This document shows, in pieces, positions 20,619 through 30,832 of a stretch of DNA of 64,000 nucleotides. The first letter of the stretch is position 1; each line of letters starts with the position of its first letter. Source of the stretch: an uncultured Gemmatimonadales bacterium (GTDB taxonomy: Bacteria > Gemmatimonadota > Gemmatimonadetes > Gemmatimonadales > GWC2-71-9); assembly GCA_963748815.1 (NCBI GenBank), contig CAVVKJ010000019.1, forward strand, positions 25,921 to 89,920, in the 5' to 3' direction. A model generated the notes under the pieces. The model was given only the letters and a program-made list of their open reading frames with translations, did no database searches and had not been told where the DNA came from. The translations under genes were made by a program, and so were the position numbers.

Positions 20619-21074
20619 GTGGCCAAGTTCACCGTCAACGGCAAGGCGATCGATTCCGCTGCCGCACCCGACACCCCCCTGCTCTGGGTTCTCCGCGAGG
20701 ACCTCGCACTCACCGGCACCAAGTTCGGCTGCGGCATCGGCCAGTGCGGCGCCTGCACCGTGCACGTGGACGGCGAGGCGGCCAGGTCGTGCCAGCTCCC
20801 CGTCTCCGCGGTGGAGGGGAAGTCCATCATGACCATCGAGGGCCTCTCCGACGACGGGACGCATCCGCTGCAGGTCGCGTGGATCGAGGAGCAGGTGCCG
20901 CAGTGCGGGTACTGCCAGTCGGGACAGATCATGGCAGCCGCCGCGCTCCTGGCCGACACGCCGAAACCCACCGACGCCGACATCGACGCCGCCATGTCCG
21001 GCAACATCTGCCGCTGCGGCACCTACCAGCGCATCCGGAAAGCCGTCCACCGGGCGGCGGGAGGTGCCTCATGA
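20619..21074 (+). CDS. (2Fe-2S)-binding small subunit of a molybdopterin aldehyde/isoquinoline oxidoreductase
   Basis: GTG 20619 after GGAGG. '[11 protein letters not shown]' and 'CGYCQSG...CRCGTY' cluster motifs. Confidence 0.9.
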   Translation: MAKFTVNGKAIDSAAAPDTPLLWVLREDLALTGTKFGCGIGQCGACTVHVDGEAARSCQLPVSAVEGKSIMTIEGLSDDGTHPLQVAWIEEQVPQCGYCQSGQIMAAAALLADTPKPTDADIDAAMSGNICRCGTYQRIRKAVHRAAGGAS

Positions 21075-23203
21075 GCGCCAACGACGTCTCACGCCGCGAT
21101 TTCATGCGTGCCGGCATCGCGGCCGGCGCCGGCCTGACCCTGGCCATCTACCTCCCCGGCTGCTCGCCGCGTGCGCCGGTTGTCACCGGCCCGCCGTTCG
21201 TGCCCAACGCCTGGCTCAAGATCGGCACCGACGGCGTCGTCACGGTCGTGGTGGACAAGTCTGAAATGGGCCAGGGGGTGCTGACCTCCCTTCCGCAGAT
21301 GATCATGGAGGAGCTCGACGGCGACTGGACCACCGTGAAAGTCGAGGAGGCGCCCGTCGGTCCGCAGTACGTCAACGCGGCCTTTGGAATGCAGGGCACC
21401 GGCGGCAGCACCAGCGTGCGGATCTCGATGCAGCCGCTCCGCGAGGCGGGCGCCAGGGCGCGCGCCATGCTCGTCGCCGCGGCGGCACAGCAGTGGGGCA
21501 TTGACCCCTCCGCCTGCTCCACCGAGAACGGGTATGTGAAGGAGACGGGCAAGCGCCGGAAGCTGAGCTACGGCGAGCTCACCGTGGCCGCCGCCGCCAT
21601 GCCGGTGCCCGAGACCGTCACCCTCAAGGACCCGAAGGATTTCACGCTGATCGGGAAGTCGATCAGGCGGCTCGACCTGCAGAGCAAGGTGACCGGCACC
21701 GCCGGCTTCGGGATCGACGCCCACACGCCGGGGATGTTCGTGGCGGTGGTGGCCCGGACGCCGGTCCTCGGCGCCACAGCGACGGGGTTCAGCGCCGAGG
21801 CGGCGCTCGCCGTGCCGGGCGTCAAGCAGGTGGTACAGATCGCCTCCGGCGTGGCGGTCGTTGCCACCGGATACTGGGCCGCGATCAAGGGGCGCGAGGC
21901 GCTCCAGGTGACATGGAGCAAGAGCCCGATGGCGGGCGTCAGCAGCGCCACCCTCGCGGCGAAGTACAAGGCGCTCGCCTCCAAGCCCGGCGTCACCGCT
22001 CGGCACGACGGCGACCCCGCCGGCGCGCTCCGGCGCGCTGCAAAGGTGGTCGAGGCCACGTACACGGCACCGTACCTGGCCCATGCCTGCATGGAACCGA
22101 TGAACTGCGCCGCTTCGGTGGAGGCCGACAAGGTCACCGTCTGGGCGCCGACCCAGTTCCAGTCGGGCGTCGAGATGATCGCCACCCAGTTCACCGGACT
22201 CCCGGCGAGCGCCGTCACGGTCCACACCACCTACCTCGGCGGTGGCTTCGGGCGGCGGTTCGAGCTCGACTTCGTGATCGACGCGGTGCAGACCTCCCAG
22301 GCCGTCGGCGCGCCGGTCAAGGTCATCTGGCCGCGTGAGGACGACATCCGCCACGACTACTTCCGGCCCGCCACCTACAGCACGCTCACCGCGGGACTCG
22401 ACGCGGGCAACCAGATGACCGCCTGGTCGCAGACGGTGGTCACCCCCTCGATCATGACCCGCTTCACGGCCGCCTTCGGCCCGCTCCCCAACGGGGTGGA
22501 CGGGACGTCGGTGGAGGGCACGGCGGACGTCGCCTACGGCATCCCGAACTTCCACTGTGGTTGGGTGGACGCCGAGGTCGGCGTGCCGATCGGGTTCTGG
22601 CGCTCGGTCGGCCACTCACAGAACGGCTTCATCGCCGAGTGCTTCATGGATGAGGTAGCCCAGGCCGCGGGCGCGGATCCCTACGAGTTCCGCCGGAAGC
22701 ACCTCGCCAACTCGCCCCGTAACCTTGGCGTGCTGGAACTGGCCGCCACCAAGGCGGGCTGGGGCACGCCGCTCCCGGCGGGCCGCGCGCGCGGCATCGC
22801 CATGGTCCACTCCTTCGGCAGTCACGCCGCCCAGGTGGCCGAGGTCTCGATCGAGGACGGCAAGGTGCGGGTGCACCGCGTCGTCTGCGCCATCGACTGC
22901 GGCGTGGTAGTCAATCCTGACATCATCGCGGCCCAGATGGAAAGCTCGGTCGTGTACGGGCTCACCGCCGCCCTCTACGGCAACATCACCCTCGAGAACG
23001 GCGCGGTGGTGCAGGGAAATTTCGACACCTATCCGGTGCTCCGCATCGACGAGATGCCGGTGGTCGAGGTGCATATCGTGCCGAGCACGGAGGCGCCGGG
23101 CGGCGTCGGGGAGCCGGGCACGCCGCCGATCGCGCCGGCGGTGGCCAACGCGCTCTTCGCGCTGACCGGGAAGCGGATCCGAACGCTGCCCATCGAGGTC
23201 TGA
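21071..23203 (+). CDS. molybdopterin-dependent oxidoreductase large subunit (IorB/aldehyde dehydrogenase beta-like), Tat-exported
   Basis: ATGA overlap with the small subunit. Twin-arginine 'SRRDFMRAG'. 710 aa. 'YLGGGFGRR' and '[15 protein letters not shown]' conserved blocks. Confidence 0.9.
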   Translation: MSANDVSRRDFMRAGIAAGAGLTLAIYLPGCSPRAPVVTGPPFVPNAWLKIGTDGVVTVVVDKSEMGQGVLTSLPQMIMEELDGDWTTVKVEEAPVGPQYVNAAFGMQGTGGSTSVRISMQPLREAGARARAMLVAAAAQQWGIDPSACSTENGYVKETGKRRKLSYGELTVAAAAMPVPETVTLKDPKDFTLIGKSIRRLDLQSKVTGTAGFGIDAHTPGMFVAVVARTPVLGATATGFSAEAALAVPGVKQVVQIASGVAVVATGYWAAIKGREALQVTWSKSPMAGVSSATLAAKYKALASKPGVTARHDGDPAGALRRAAKVVEATYTAPYLAHACMEPMNCAASVEADKVTVWAPTQFQSGVEMIATQFTGLPASAVTVHTTYLGGGFGRRFELDFVIDAVQTSQAVGAPVKVIWPREDDIRHDYFRPATYSTLTAGLDAGNQMTAWSQTVVTPSIMTRFTAAFGPLPNGVDGTSVEGTADVAYGIPNFHCGWVDAEVGVPIGFWRSVGHSQNGFIAECFMDEVAQAAGADPYEFRRKHLANSPRNLGVLELAATKAGWGTPLPAGRARGIAMVHSFGSHAAQVAEVSIEDGKVRVHRVVCAIDCGVVVNPDIIAAQMESSVVYGLTAALYGNITLENGAVVQGNFDTYPVLRIDEMPVVEVHIVPSTEAPGGVGEPGTPPIAPAVANALFALTGKRIRTLPIEV

Positions 23204-23300
23204 CACGCAGCCCTTCGCCGAGGACGACTCACGCAACCAGCCGGCCCGGTCCTTCCTGGACCGGCTGGTCCGCCGGTACGCACGGCCTGCGTACATCGTC

Positions 23301-24021
23301 GTGGTCCTCGGCGTCTACGCGATCGTGGCGAGTGCACTCGGGCTGGCGCTGACGCCGGCGGTGCTGGTGTGGCAGGGGGTGGCGGAATGGAGCGCCAGGC
23401 TGTCCATGATGGGGCAGGCGTTCGCCGTCGCCCTTGGGACGGCGGTGGCGTTCTTCGTCTTCGGCTTCGCCCTCCTCATCGTCATCCCCGTGTACAACCT
23501 GGTGCTCCCCACCCGGGTCCGGCCGTTCAAGGGCGGGCTACTACACCCTACAGGCGGCGCCCTGGCTGCTGCACAACGCGCTCTTCTACCTGGTGCGGTA
23601 CACCTTCCTGCCGTTCGTCACCCTCACACCCTTCGGCATCTGGTTTCTCAAGGCCATGGGGATGAAGATCGGGCGACACGCCTTCATCAACACCGAGTAC
23701 ATTTCCGATCCACGCCTGCTCGAGATTGGAGAGGACGCCGCCCTGGGCGGCAGCGTGCGGATCTGCGCCCATTTCGGTGGTGGCGGGCACCTGACGGTGG
23801 CTCCGGTCATCATCGGCGCGCGCGCCACGCTGGGGCTCGCGGTGACCGTCATGGGCGACGTACAGGTGGGTGACGGCGCCACGGTGCTGCCAAACTCTGT
23901 GCTCCTCCCCGGCTCGCGCGTCGGCGCGGGGGAAACGTGGGGTGGCGTACCGGCGCGCCGCATTACGCGCGAGGAGATGGAAGCCTTCAAGGAAGGAATT
24001 CACGGAGTGCAACACCGGTGA
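23301..24021 (+). CDS. membrane-anchored left-handed beta-helix (hexapeptide-repeat) transferase-like protein, one frameshift near 23,535
   Basis: Frame 1 gives TM helices up to 'RVRPFKGG'. Frame 2 (ORF 23434-24021) continues '[18 protein letters not shown]...' with hexapeptide turns '[52 protein letters not shown]'. Confidence 0.6.
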
Positions 24022-24614
24022 CGACCATCGCACTCGCGCCTGAACTCGAAGTCCGCCTCGCCGCGCTCCGCGAGGCGGGCTGGGCGCTCTTCGACCAGTT
24101 CGACCACGACGTGCGCGATCACCGGTGGCATCCCTTCGTGGCCGCCAATTACGAATCGGTGCTCGAGGCGCTCATCGCGCAGCGAGCGCCGGGGCTGAAA
24201 TTCCTGGAATGGGGGTCGGCTACCGGCGTCATCACCATCATGGCCGACCTGCTCGGGTACGAGGCGTACGGCATCGAACTCGACGGATCACTGGTGGACA
24301 CGGCGCGCGCGCTCGCCGCGCGATTCGAATCGAAGGCAACGTTTGTCGCCGGCAGCTTCCTCCCCGAGGGATACGCCTGGAAACCGAAGGACGGCGACGG
24401 CCGGCTCGGCACTATCGGTCAGGGACGTTCCGGGTACCTGGAGCTGGGCAAGCCGCTGGACGAGTTCGACCTCGTCTTCGGATACCCCTGGGCCGGGGAG
24501 GAGGCGATGATGCACGACCTCATGCGGTGCTACGGCGGTCGCGACGCGCGGCTGATGATCCACGGAACCGACCGCGGCGTGGAGATCTATCGGGACGGCA
24601 AGAAACAGGGCTGA
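24018..24614 (+). CDS. putative class I SAM-dependent methyltransferase-like protein
   Basis: GTG 24018 overlaps the upstream TGA. 'FLEWGSATGV' resembles motif I and 'GIELD' motif II. Weak call. Confidence 0.5.
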   Translation: MTTIALAPELEVRLAALREAGWALFDQFDHDVRDHRWHPFVAANYESVLEALIAQRAPGLKFLEWGSATGVITIMADLLGYEAYGIELDGSLVDTARALAARFESKATFVAGSFLPEGYAWKPKDGDGRLGTIGQGRSGYLELGKPLDEFDLVFGYPWAGEEAMMHDLMRCYGGRDARLMIHGTDRGVEIYRDGKKQG

Positions 24615-24697
24615 GAGGTGAGGACTGAGGACTGAGGGCTGAGATCACGATCGCGATCCAGCCTGGACTTCGCACCCCTGGACAGGAGGAGGCCGAA

Positions 24698-25186
24698 ATG
24701 TCGCGTCGCTCCGTCCCTCGATTCGCGGTGGTGGGGCTGTTTGCCGTGTTCGTTGCTGCCAGACAGTCTGCTGCGCAGGAAGGAGCGAGGTCCGCCCAGG
24801 CGGATTCGACCCATCGCGCCGCCGTGCTCGAGATGCTCCAGGTCATGAAAATTGGGGACGGGATCATGGAGATGATCGAGCTGTCCATGGCGGATACAAC
24901 GGCCGGCGGGGGCATGGTCGAACCCCTTCGTTCGGCGTTTCTTGCGAAAGCCAGAGCGCGTCTGCCTGAACTGTTGCAATCCCTCGTGCCGGGATTCGCC
25001 TCCAGGTTGACGCCGGACGACGTGCGGGAGATCACCGCGTTCTTCCGGTCGCCGAGTGGGGAACACTTGACCGCTGCTCGATCGACGGCCGACCCCCAGA
25101 TGGAGCAGGCGGTGGAACGCTGGGCGCTGAAGGTGGTCGGTGAGGTGATGATGGAGATGGGTGACGCACCCATCCCGGAGAAGTAA
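24698..25186 (+). CDS. secreted hypothetical protein (DUF2059-like helical)
   Basis: Signal peptide 'FAVVGLFAVFVAARQSAAQ'. Helical Met/Glu-rich body. The family assignment is from memory only. Confidence 0.55.
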   Translation: MSRRSVPRFAVVGLFAVFVAARQSAAQEGARSAQADSTHRAAVLEMLQVMKIGDGIMEMIELSMADTTAGGGMVEPLRSAFLAKARARLPELLQSLVPGFASRLTPDDVREITAFFRSPSGEHLTAARSTADPQMEQAVERWALKVVGEVMMEMGDAPIPEK

Positions 25187-25214
25187 CGTCGCCGCACGAG
25201 GGTCCCACCGAAGT

Positions 25215-25235
25215 GGCCCGGAGTTGCTCCGGGCC
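25215..25235. terminator. GC hairpin between convergent genes
   Basis: GGCCCGGAG-ttg-CTCCGGGCC, located between the stop at 25186 (+) and the predicted lipoprotein end at about 25253 (-). No T-run. Confidence 0.4.
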
Positions 25236-25252
25236 GCTCACGGCGGGCGCCG

Positions 25253-26352
25253 CTACTGCCGGACCGCCTTCCCCCGCACATCCCGCCGGTGCCGACGTTC
25301 GGTCCCTCCTGGAAGACGTAGTTCGACACCTGGGAAATCAGGTTCCCGTTGGCCGAGAGCTCCCAGGTGAAGTCTTCGCGGTAGGTGCTGCCCGGGGGGC
25401 CGGCAATGAAGTAGCCGCGCGCCTTGTGGGGGCTCCCCGCGATCACCGTCGCCGTGTAGTTGGCGATGTCGCCGGATCCCGGCGGATCCTCGTCTGCGAT
25501 CGAGATGGTGCTGCCGCTCACTGTCAGCGTGTGCTTCGCCTGGCCGTACTCCACCGGGAGGCAGGCCCAGTTCTGCACGAAGACGCCGACCCAGTCGCCC
25601 GCCTTGCCGGTCCCTGCGCAGGGAAAGGTGATCTCGCTGTTCGGCAGGTCGGTCGCGGTCCCGCCGTTGTCGGTATAGGTGGCGCCGGTGACGGTGACCG
25701 TCGCGCTGTTGGACCGGAATTGCCAGACGGATTCGAGCGTGCCCTGGGTGCCCTGGATCTCGAAGAGCGCGTCGCCGTGGAGGCTGTACCCGCAGATGTT
25801 GGCCACGGCGTTCGCCGTGCCGTCGGCGGGCTTGAGGAGCAGCGGGCTCCCGAGCGGGACGGTCAGCGTCGTCATGTTGCCCGTCACCCCTTCGACGAAG
25901 GTGCCGGACCCGGTGGCCTCCCGTCCCACCGCGGTTCGGACAAAGTCCATTTCTCCCGCGAAGTTGCCGAGCCCGCCGGCGGTGGTGAGCGTCATGTCGA
26001 CGTGCCCCGCAAAGCCGGGCGCCGCATCGGCGGGGTCACCATTGAAGGCGGCGGTGCCCGCCACGGTGGTTTCGGTGGAGCCGTTGCCGTCGCCGTCGAG
26101 CGGGGCCGAGAAGGTGTAGGTGTTCGGCGCCCCGGTGGGGGTAAACACGAAGCCACCGGACCCGGCTGATCCGGGATTGAGCATGAAGGGGATCACGGCC
26201 TCGAAATTCGCCATCCGGGTGACGAGCAGCGTCGCCCCGGTCTTCGCGTACGCGGCCAGTGCCGCGGACGGCGTGGTGACCGGGTTCGGTTCGGAGTCGG
26301 AGCTGCACGACACGAAGGACAGGACCAGCAGGCTGGCGAGCAGACGGCGCAC
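25253..26352 (-). CDS. lipoprotein, beta-rich; natural 3' end probably at TAG 25253-25255 after a 1-nt slip
   Basis: Lipobox 'LVLSFVSCS'. Thr/Gly-rich beta pattern to '...YVFQEGPNVGTGGMCGG'. The called 610-aa ORF then runs antisense through gene 24698-25186. A 1-nt change in the C5/G5 run at about 25,274 gives '..KAVRQ*' just before the hairpin. Confidence 0.6.
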
Positions 26353-26581
26353 GAGGCCTCCTCAGGGGGGGACACCGGCAGACGGCGGGCGACGAAGGGC
26401 GATACCTTACAGGCCGGGACAGGGGGAGTCAATAGGAGATCCCGGACCCGAGCGCCTGTACCCACGACCGGATGTGCGGGCGGCTCGATGCCTATCCAAT
26501 CCTGCGCCATGGTGCAGATTACGGGAACGTAGAATGAGGGAGTCACCCTGATTCAGCTCTAACCAACCCGAGGTCGTCGCC

Positions 26582-27687
26582 ATGGGTCCGCTGCTGAAGG
26601 AAATCCGCCACAACAAGCTGCTCTGGCTGCTGGTGTTCGTGCCGGTGCTGTTCGGCGCCACGCGAGTGCAGGCCCGAGGCGCACACCATGTTGTTCGTGC
26701 TCTCGGTGCTGGCCATCGTGCCGCTGGCGGCGCTCCTGAGCCACGCCACCGAGTCGGTCGCCGCCAAGACCGGCGACGCAGTCGGCGGCTTGCTGAATGC
26801 CACGCTCGGCAACCTCACCGAACTGGTCATCGCGCTGGCCGCGCTCCGCGCCGGCCAGTACGCCCTCGTCAAGGCGTCGATCGCCGGGGCCATCGTCACC
26901 AACACCCTCTTCATGCTGGGCGGCTCGTTCCTGCTCGGCGGGCTCAAGCACCACGTGCAGGAGTACAACCGCGCCGGCGCGCGCCTGCAGGCCGGCCTCC
27001 TCTTCCTGGCCACGGTCGCGCTGTTCGTCCCCTCGGCGGTCGCCGATGTCGACTCCCCGGCGGGGCGGCCTTCAGCCGGCAACTCAGCCTCGGGCTGGCG
27101 GTGCTGCTCATCGTGACCTACGGCCTCGGGCTGGTCTTCTCGCTCAAGACCCACCGCAAGTTCTTCGGCGAGCGCAAAGAAGGAGGGGGAGGAGGAGGCG
27201 CACGAGGAGACGCTGGCCGATCGGGGTGGCGCTGGCCACGCTGGCCGGCGTCACGGTGCTGGTGGCGCTGGTGAGCGAGGTCTTCGTCGAGTCGGTCCAG
27301 GAGGCGGCGGTGACGTTCGGCATGACCCCGGCCTTCGTCGGGTTCATCATCGTGGCGCTGGTCGGCGGCGCCGCGGAGATGGCGTCGGCCTTTTCCGCGG
27401 CGCGCAAGGACCGCCTGGACCTGAGCGTCGGCATTGCGATGGGGAGCGCGGCGCAGATCGCGCTGTTCGTGGCCCCGGTGCTCGTCCTGCTCAGCTACGT
27501 GATCGGCCCGACGCCGATGGACCTGCAGTTCTGGCCGGGAGCGGTGGTGATGGTCTTCTTCGCCATGCTGGCCACGACGCTGGTGACGAACAGCGGCCGG
27601 TCGGCGTGGTTCGTCGGCGCCCTGCTGCTGATGGTGTACGCCATCCTGGGGATGACCCTCTACCTCCTGCCACCCCAAGTGATGTGA
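26582..27687 (+). pseudogene. Ca2+/H+ exchanger (CaCA/ChaA-Cax family), about 3 frameshifts
   Basis: Alpha-repeat motifs 'GNLTELVIALAAL' (frame of ORF 26688) and 'GGAAEMASAFSAARKD' (frame of ORF 26797). N-terminus and 'LAVLLIVTYGLGLVFSLKTH' are in the frame of ORF 26582. Confidence 0.8.
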
Positions 27688-27704
27688 TCGATGAGACTCC
27701 CGCC

Positions 27705-28389
27705 ATGACCGACGACACCGCCGCGGCCGCGCCGCGGCGGGCTCAGCGGTCCCGACGTGTCCTCGAACCGATCGAGCGGCTCTCCGAAATCCTCTTCGGA
27801 CTCATCATGGTGCTCACCTTCACCGGCGCGCTCAGTGTGGCGGAGGCGGGGCGCGCGGATGTGCGCGAGATGCTCATCGGGGCGCTGGGGTGCAACCTGG
27901 CCTGGGGCATCATCGACGGGGTGTTCTACCTGATGGGAGCCATGGCCGAGCGGGGCCGCAACCTGCGTGCCCTGCGAGGCGGTGCGAGCGACCGAAGACC
28001 CGGAGGAGGCCGAGCGCCTCATCGTGGACGCGCTGCCGCCGACCATCGCGGCGGTGCTGGAGCCTTCCGAGTTCGTCGACCTGCATCAGCGGCTCGGCGA
28101 ACTCCCCGAGCCGCCCACCGCCCGCGTCTGGGCGGGACGACTGGCGTCGGCGCGCTCGGCGTCTGCCTTCTCGTCTTCGTCTCGACGCTGCCGGTGGTCC
28201 TCCCGTTCACTCTTCATGCACGACATCGCGCCGGCCATGCGCGTCTCCGACGGGATCGCGATCATCTTGCTCGCGCTCACCGGGGCCGCGTTCTCCCGGA
28301 TGACCGGCCGGAATCCCTGGTTCGACGGCGTCATCGCGGTGCTGCTCGGCTCGGCGCTGGTGGCGCTCACCATGGCGCTCGGCGGATGA
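27705..28389 (+). pseudogene. VIT1/CCC1-like membrane protein, several frameshifts
   Basis: ATG 27705. 'RLSEILFGLIMVLTFTGALS', 'GCNLAWGIIDGVFYLMG' then frame changes. The last TMs 'GIAIILLALTGAAF..VIAVLLGSALVALTMALGG*' are in ORF 27967-28389. The family call is tentative. Confidence 0.45.
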
Positions 28390-29043
28390 CGGGCCTGAGG
28401 AGTCTCGCCCTGATCGGGCTCATCTCTTGTCCTGGTGACAAGGGTCGCCAGGGCGCAGTCGCCTGACACCGCCACCGCCTCGGCGTCGGACGCCGACGAG
28501 CGCACCTGGGCATTCGGCGCGGCGGCATACACCTACTTTCTCCAGGATGACGCCGACTACGTCCAACTGGCCGCGACCGCGGACCGCGCGGCGCTGCACC
28601 TCGAGGCGCGCTACAACTACGAGGAGATCGACGCCGCCTCGATGTGGGTCGGCTACAACCTGAGCGCGGAAGGGACGCTGACGCTGGAGTTCACGCCGAT
28701 TCTCGGCGGTGTCTTTGGCAGCATGACCGGGGTCGGACTCGGATACGAAGGGTCGCTGAGCTGGAAGAGCCTGGAGCTGTACAGCGAAGGGGAGTGGATC
28801 TTCGATACCGAGGACTCTTCGAACAATTTCTTCTACAACTGGTCGCAGCTGATCTATTCGCCGGCCGACTGGGTCAACTTCGGGCTGGTCACCCAGCGGA
28901 CCAGGCTGGTGGACACCGACCGCGAGATCAACCGCGGTCCCTTCCTGGGTTTCAGCTACCGGTCCCTCAGCCTGACTGCCTTCGCGGTCAACGTGGGGGC
29001 AGACGACGCGTACCTCATTCTCGGGCTGGAGGTTGGGTTCTAG
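28386..29043 (+). CDS. outer-membrane beta-barrel protein, one frameshift in the signal peptide
   Basis: ATG 28386 (ATGA overlap). 'MTGLRSLALIGL' then, after a +1 shift, 'SLVLVTRVARAQS'. Alternating Tyr/aromatic strands. C-terminal '...LGLEVGF' ends in Phe. Confidence 0.6.
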
Positions 29044-29352
29044 GCCGGAAGAGAGGACGAGGGAAGCGCGGAAGGGTGTCGGAAGCTCGGAAACAACGAA
29101 AAATGCTCAAAAGCGTCAATTTCTTGAAGGATATTCTGTGTTTTCTTCGATCTTCAATCAAATATCTGGGTTTTGCCGCATTTTCTGCGGCTTTCCGGGC
29201 TATCGGCGTGAAGGGATCACCGCCTTGGACCGGGGACGCGGGAGGCGCGGAAGGCTGTCGGAAGCTCGGAAAGGTGGAATATAGACGAATTATCGCAATA
29301 TTGGGTCAATAATCGATTGAAACAGGTCCATTTGTACCATTCTACTGTTGTT
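29044..29352. repeat. AT-rich intergenic module bracketed by a 27-nt direct repeat
   Basis: GCGCGGAAGGGTGTCGGAAGCTCGGAAA (29067-29093) recurs as GCGCGGAAGGCTGTCGGAAGCTCGGAAA (29244-29271). The interior is far below the local G+C. Words 'TTTCTGCG', 'TTTTGCC' are shared with the modules at 29780-29878, 38830-38960 and 63333-63556. Confidence 0.7.
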
Positions 29353-29380
29353 TTCGCGCCTTCGCGTCTTCGCGTGAGCC
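29353..29380 (+). repeat. family A repeat (CTTCGCGY)n-TGAGCC
   Basis: TTCGCGCCTTCGCGTCTTCGCGTGAGCC. Confidence 0.9.
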
Positions 29381-29407
29381 CCGTCCGAACCCCGCCCGGG
29401 AGGCCCC

Positions 29408-29759
29408 ATGTGGCTGATCACCACCACCGGTTTCTACAGCGTCGTCCAGAAACCGTGGGATCAGGCCGCCGACACCCTCACGGTTCGCGCCCGCGCCAAG
29501 GCTGACCTCGACGCACTCCGCGAGGCCGGGCTCCCGGAGCTGGGGGAGATCATGGAGGATCCCGGGCGCCGACTACCGGTTCCGGGCCCAGGCGCCGAGG
29601 GCGGCAGTGACCCGTGCGGTGCGAGGCGCAGGTCGAGGCGATCGACTACGACAACTTCAAGTCGGCGGTGGCCAGGCGGCAGGGATCGGCGCGCGCCCAC
29701 CTGTATCATGGCGTGTGGGATGCGCTGTATCGGATTCAGTCCGGGACTGAAGGGGCCTA
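29408..29759 (+). pseudogene. conserved hypothetical protein, at least 2 frameshifts
   Basis: 'MWLITTTGFYSVVQKPWDQAADTLTVRARAKADLDALRE..' (frame 1), 'DYRFRAQAPRAAVTRAV' (frame 2), 'IDYDNFKSAVARRQGSARAHLYHGVWDALYRIQSGTEGA*' (frame 3). Confidence 0.5.
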
Positions 29760-29878
29760 GGCTTCCCGCGCCCATTGGGCTCCTCGCCAGACAAAAACAC
29801 TCAAGAACGAGCAGTTTTTCTCCAGAACTCCTCAGTTTCTTCCTGTTTTCTGCGAATTCCAGCACAATACGGTGTCTT

Positions 29879-29906
29879 TTCGCGCCTTCGCGCCTTCGCG
29901 TGAGCC
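29879..29906 (+). repeat. family A repeat preceded by an AT-rich module (29780-29878)
   Basis: TTCGCGCCTTCGCGCCTTCGCGTGAGCC. Upstream 'GTTTTCTGCGAATTCC' matches 'GTTTCTGTTGAATTCC' at 63543. Confidence 0.9.
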
Positions 29907-29963
29907 CTTGGGGAGTATCGAAGTGGCTTGCGCCGTTGCTGGTATTATCAGATATTATTCCGT

Positions 29964-30368
29964 ATGCCAAAGCGACCTCCCATTGCCCGGATCTCCATCA
30001 CCATCCCCGCTGACACCCTGCGGCTGGCGGATGAGCTTGCCGCTCGGCTCGATCGGCCGCGCAGCTGGGTGATGGGGGAGGCGGTGCGGCGGTGGGACAC
30101 GAGTTCCCCCGCGACCGGTGCCACAAGCACCGTGCGCGAGGCCGCGGCCCTTCACTACACTGCGCATCGGCCCGGGCTGGGGGAGAGTCGTCTGGCTCAA
30201 CTCCAATCCGACATGGAGTTGAGCGTGGATGAGCGGGTCCTGGCGGCAGAGGAAGGCGCAAAGCTCGATCGCGTGATCCATCCGTCGAGTCCCGGCTCAC
30301 AACTCAGATTCTTCGATCGATACGAGGACTATCTCGCGTGGAAGAAGTATCAAGGGATCGCCCGATGA
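29964..30368 (+). CDS. ribbon-helix-helix (CopG/Arc-like) protein with a C-terminal extension
   Basis: ATG 29964. 'RISITIPADTLRLADELAARLDRPRSWVMGEAVRRW' fits the beta-strand/helix/helix pattern. Confidence 0.65.
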   Translation: MPKRPPIARISITIPADTLRLADELAARLDRPRSWVMGEAVRRWDTSSPATGATSTVREAAALHYTAHRPGLGESRLAQLQSDMELSVDERVLAAEEGAKLDRVIHPSSPGSQLRFFDRYEDYLAWKKYQGIAR

Positions 30369-30832
30369 CCACGTACCAGACCCAGCTCGCGCAGGTCTGC
30401 GCGCTCCTGAATGAGTCCGGAGCGCAGTATGTCCTGGTAGGCGCCCGCGCCCTTCAGCTCTATGGCAGCAGCCGCGCCACGCGTGATATCGACATCCTCA
30501 TTGAGCCCACCATCGACAACGCCAGACGGGTGCTCTCGGCGCTCTCACAGATCGGATTCGGCGTGGCCAGCGATTGGCTTGCAGAGGAGGTCGTCGCCAA
30601 GCAGGTCACCATCATTGGTGACACGCCAAGGGTGGATATCCTGACGGTGGCGTGGAGCGTTCGCTATCGCGATGCCCGACCCGCGGCGACGATCTTCACC
30701 CTGGAATCGGTGGAGATCCCGACGATCTCGATCGAGCACCTCATTGCCTCCAAACGCACCGGCCGCCTGCAGGACGCGGCCGACATCGAAGTCCTCGAGG
30801 AGATTCAGCGACTTCGCGGCGAGGGCATATGA
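30365..30832 (+). CDS. minimal nucleotidyltransferase-fold protein (DUF6036/AbiEii-N-like)
   Basis: ATGA overlap with the RHH gene. 'YVLVGARALQLYGSSRATRDIDILIEP' equals the G-x-A..G..R.T.DxD NTase signature. Confidence 0.6.
   Translation: MTTYQTQLAQVCALLNESGAQYVLVGARALQLYGSSRATRDIDILIEPTIDNARRVLSALSQIGFGVASDWLAEEVVAKQVTIIGDTPRVDILTVAWSVRYRDARPAATIFTLESVEIPTISIEHLIASKRTGRLQDAADIEVLEEIQRLRGEGI

Noticed and set aside
17520-23203. Three-subunit membrane aldehyde dehydrogenase (cytochrome c + 2Fe-2S + Moco) as one operon
   Set aside because: The cytochrome c gene is separated from the 2Fe-2S/Moco pair by five unrelated small genes and a repeat-filled spacer. A functional link is possible but not supported by the arrangement.
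24520-26352. 610-aa ORF as called
   Set aside because: Only the first about 365 residues look like a real lipoprotein. The remainder reads antisense through the well-formed gene 24698-25186 and through a hairpin, so I truncated it at a predicted TAG (25253) that needs a 1-nt slip.
29094-29312. Small ORF 'MLKSVNFLKDILCFLRSSIKYLGF...' inside the AT-rich module
   Set aside because: It lies within a repeated non-coding-looking module bounded by direct repeats. It has no RBS, and its codon usage is unlike any other gene here.
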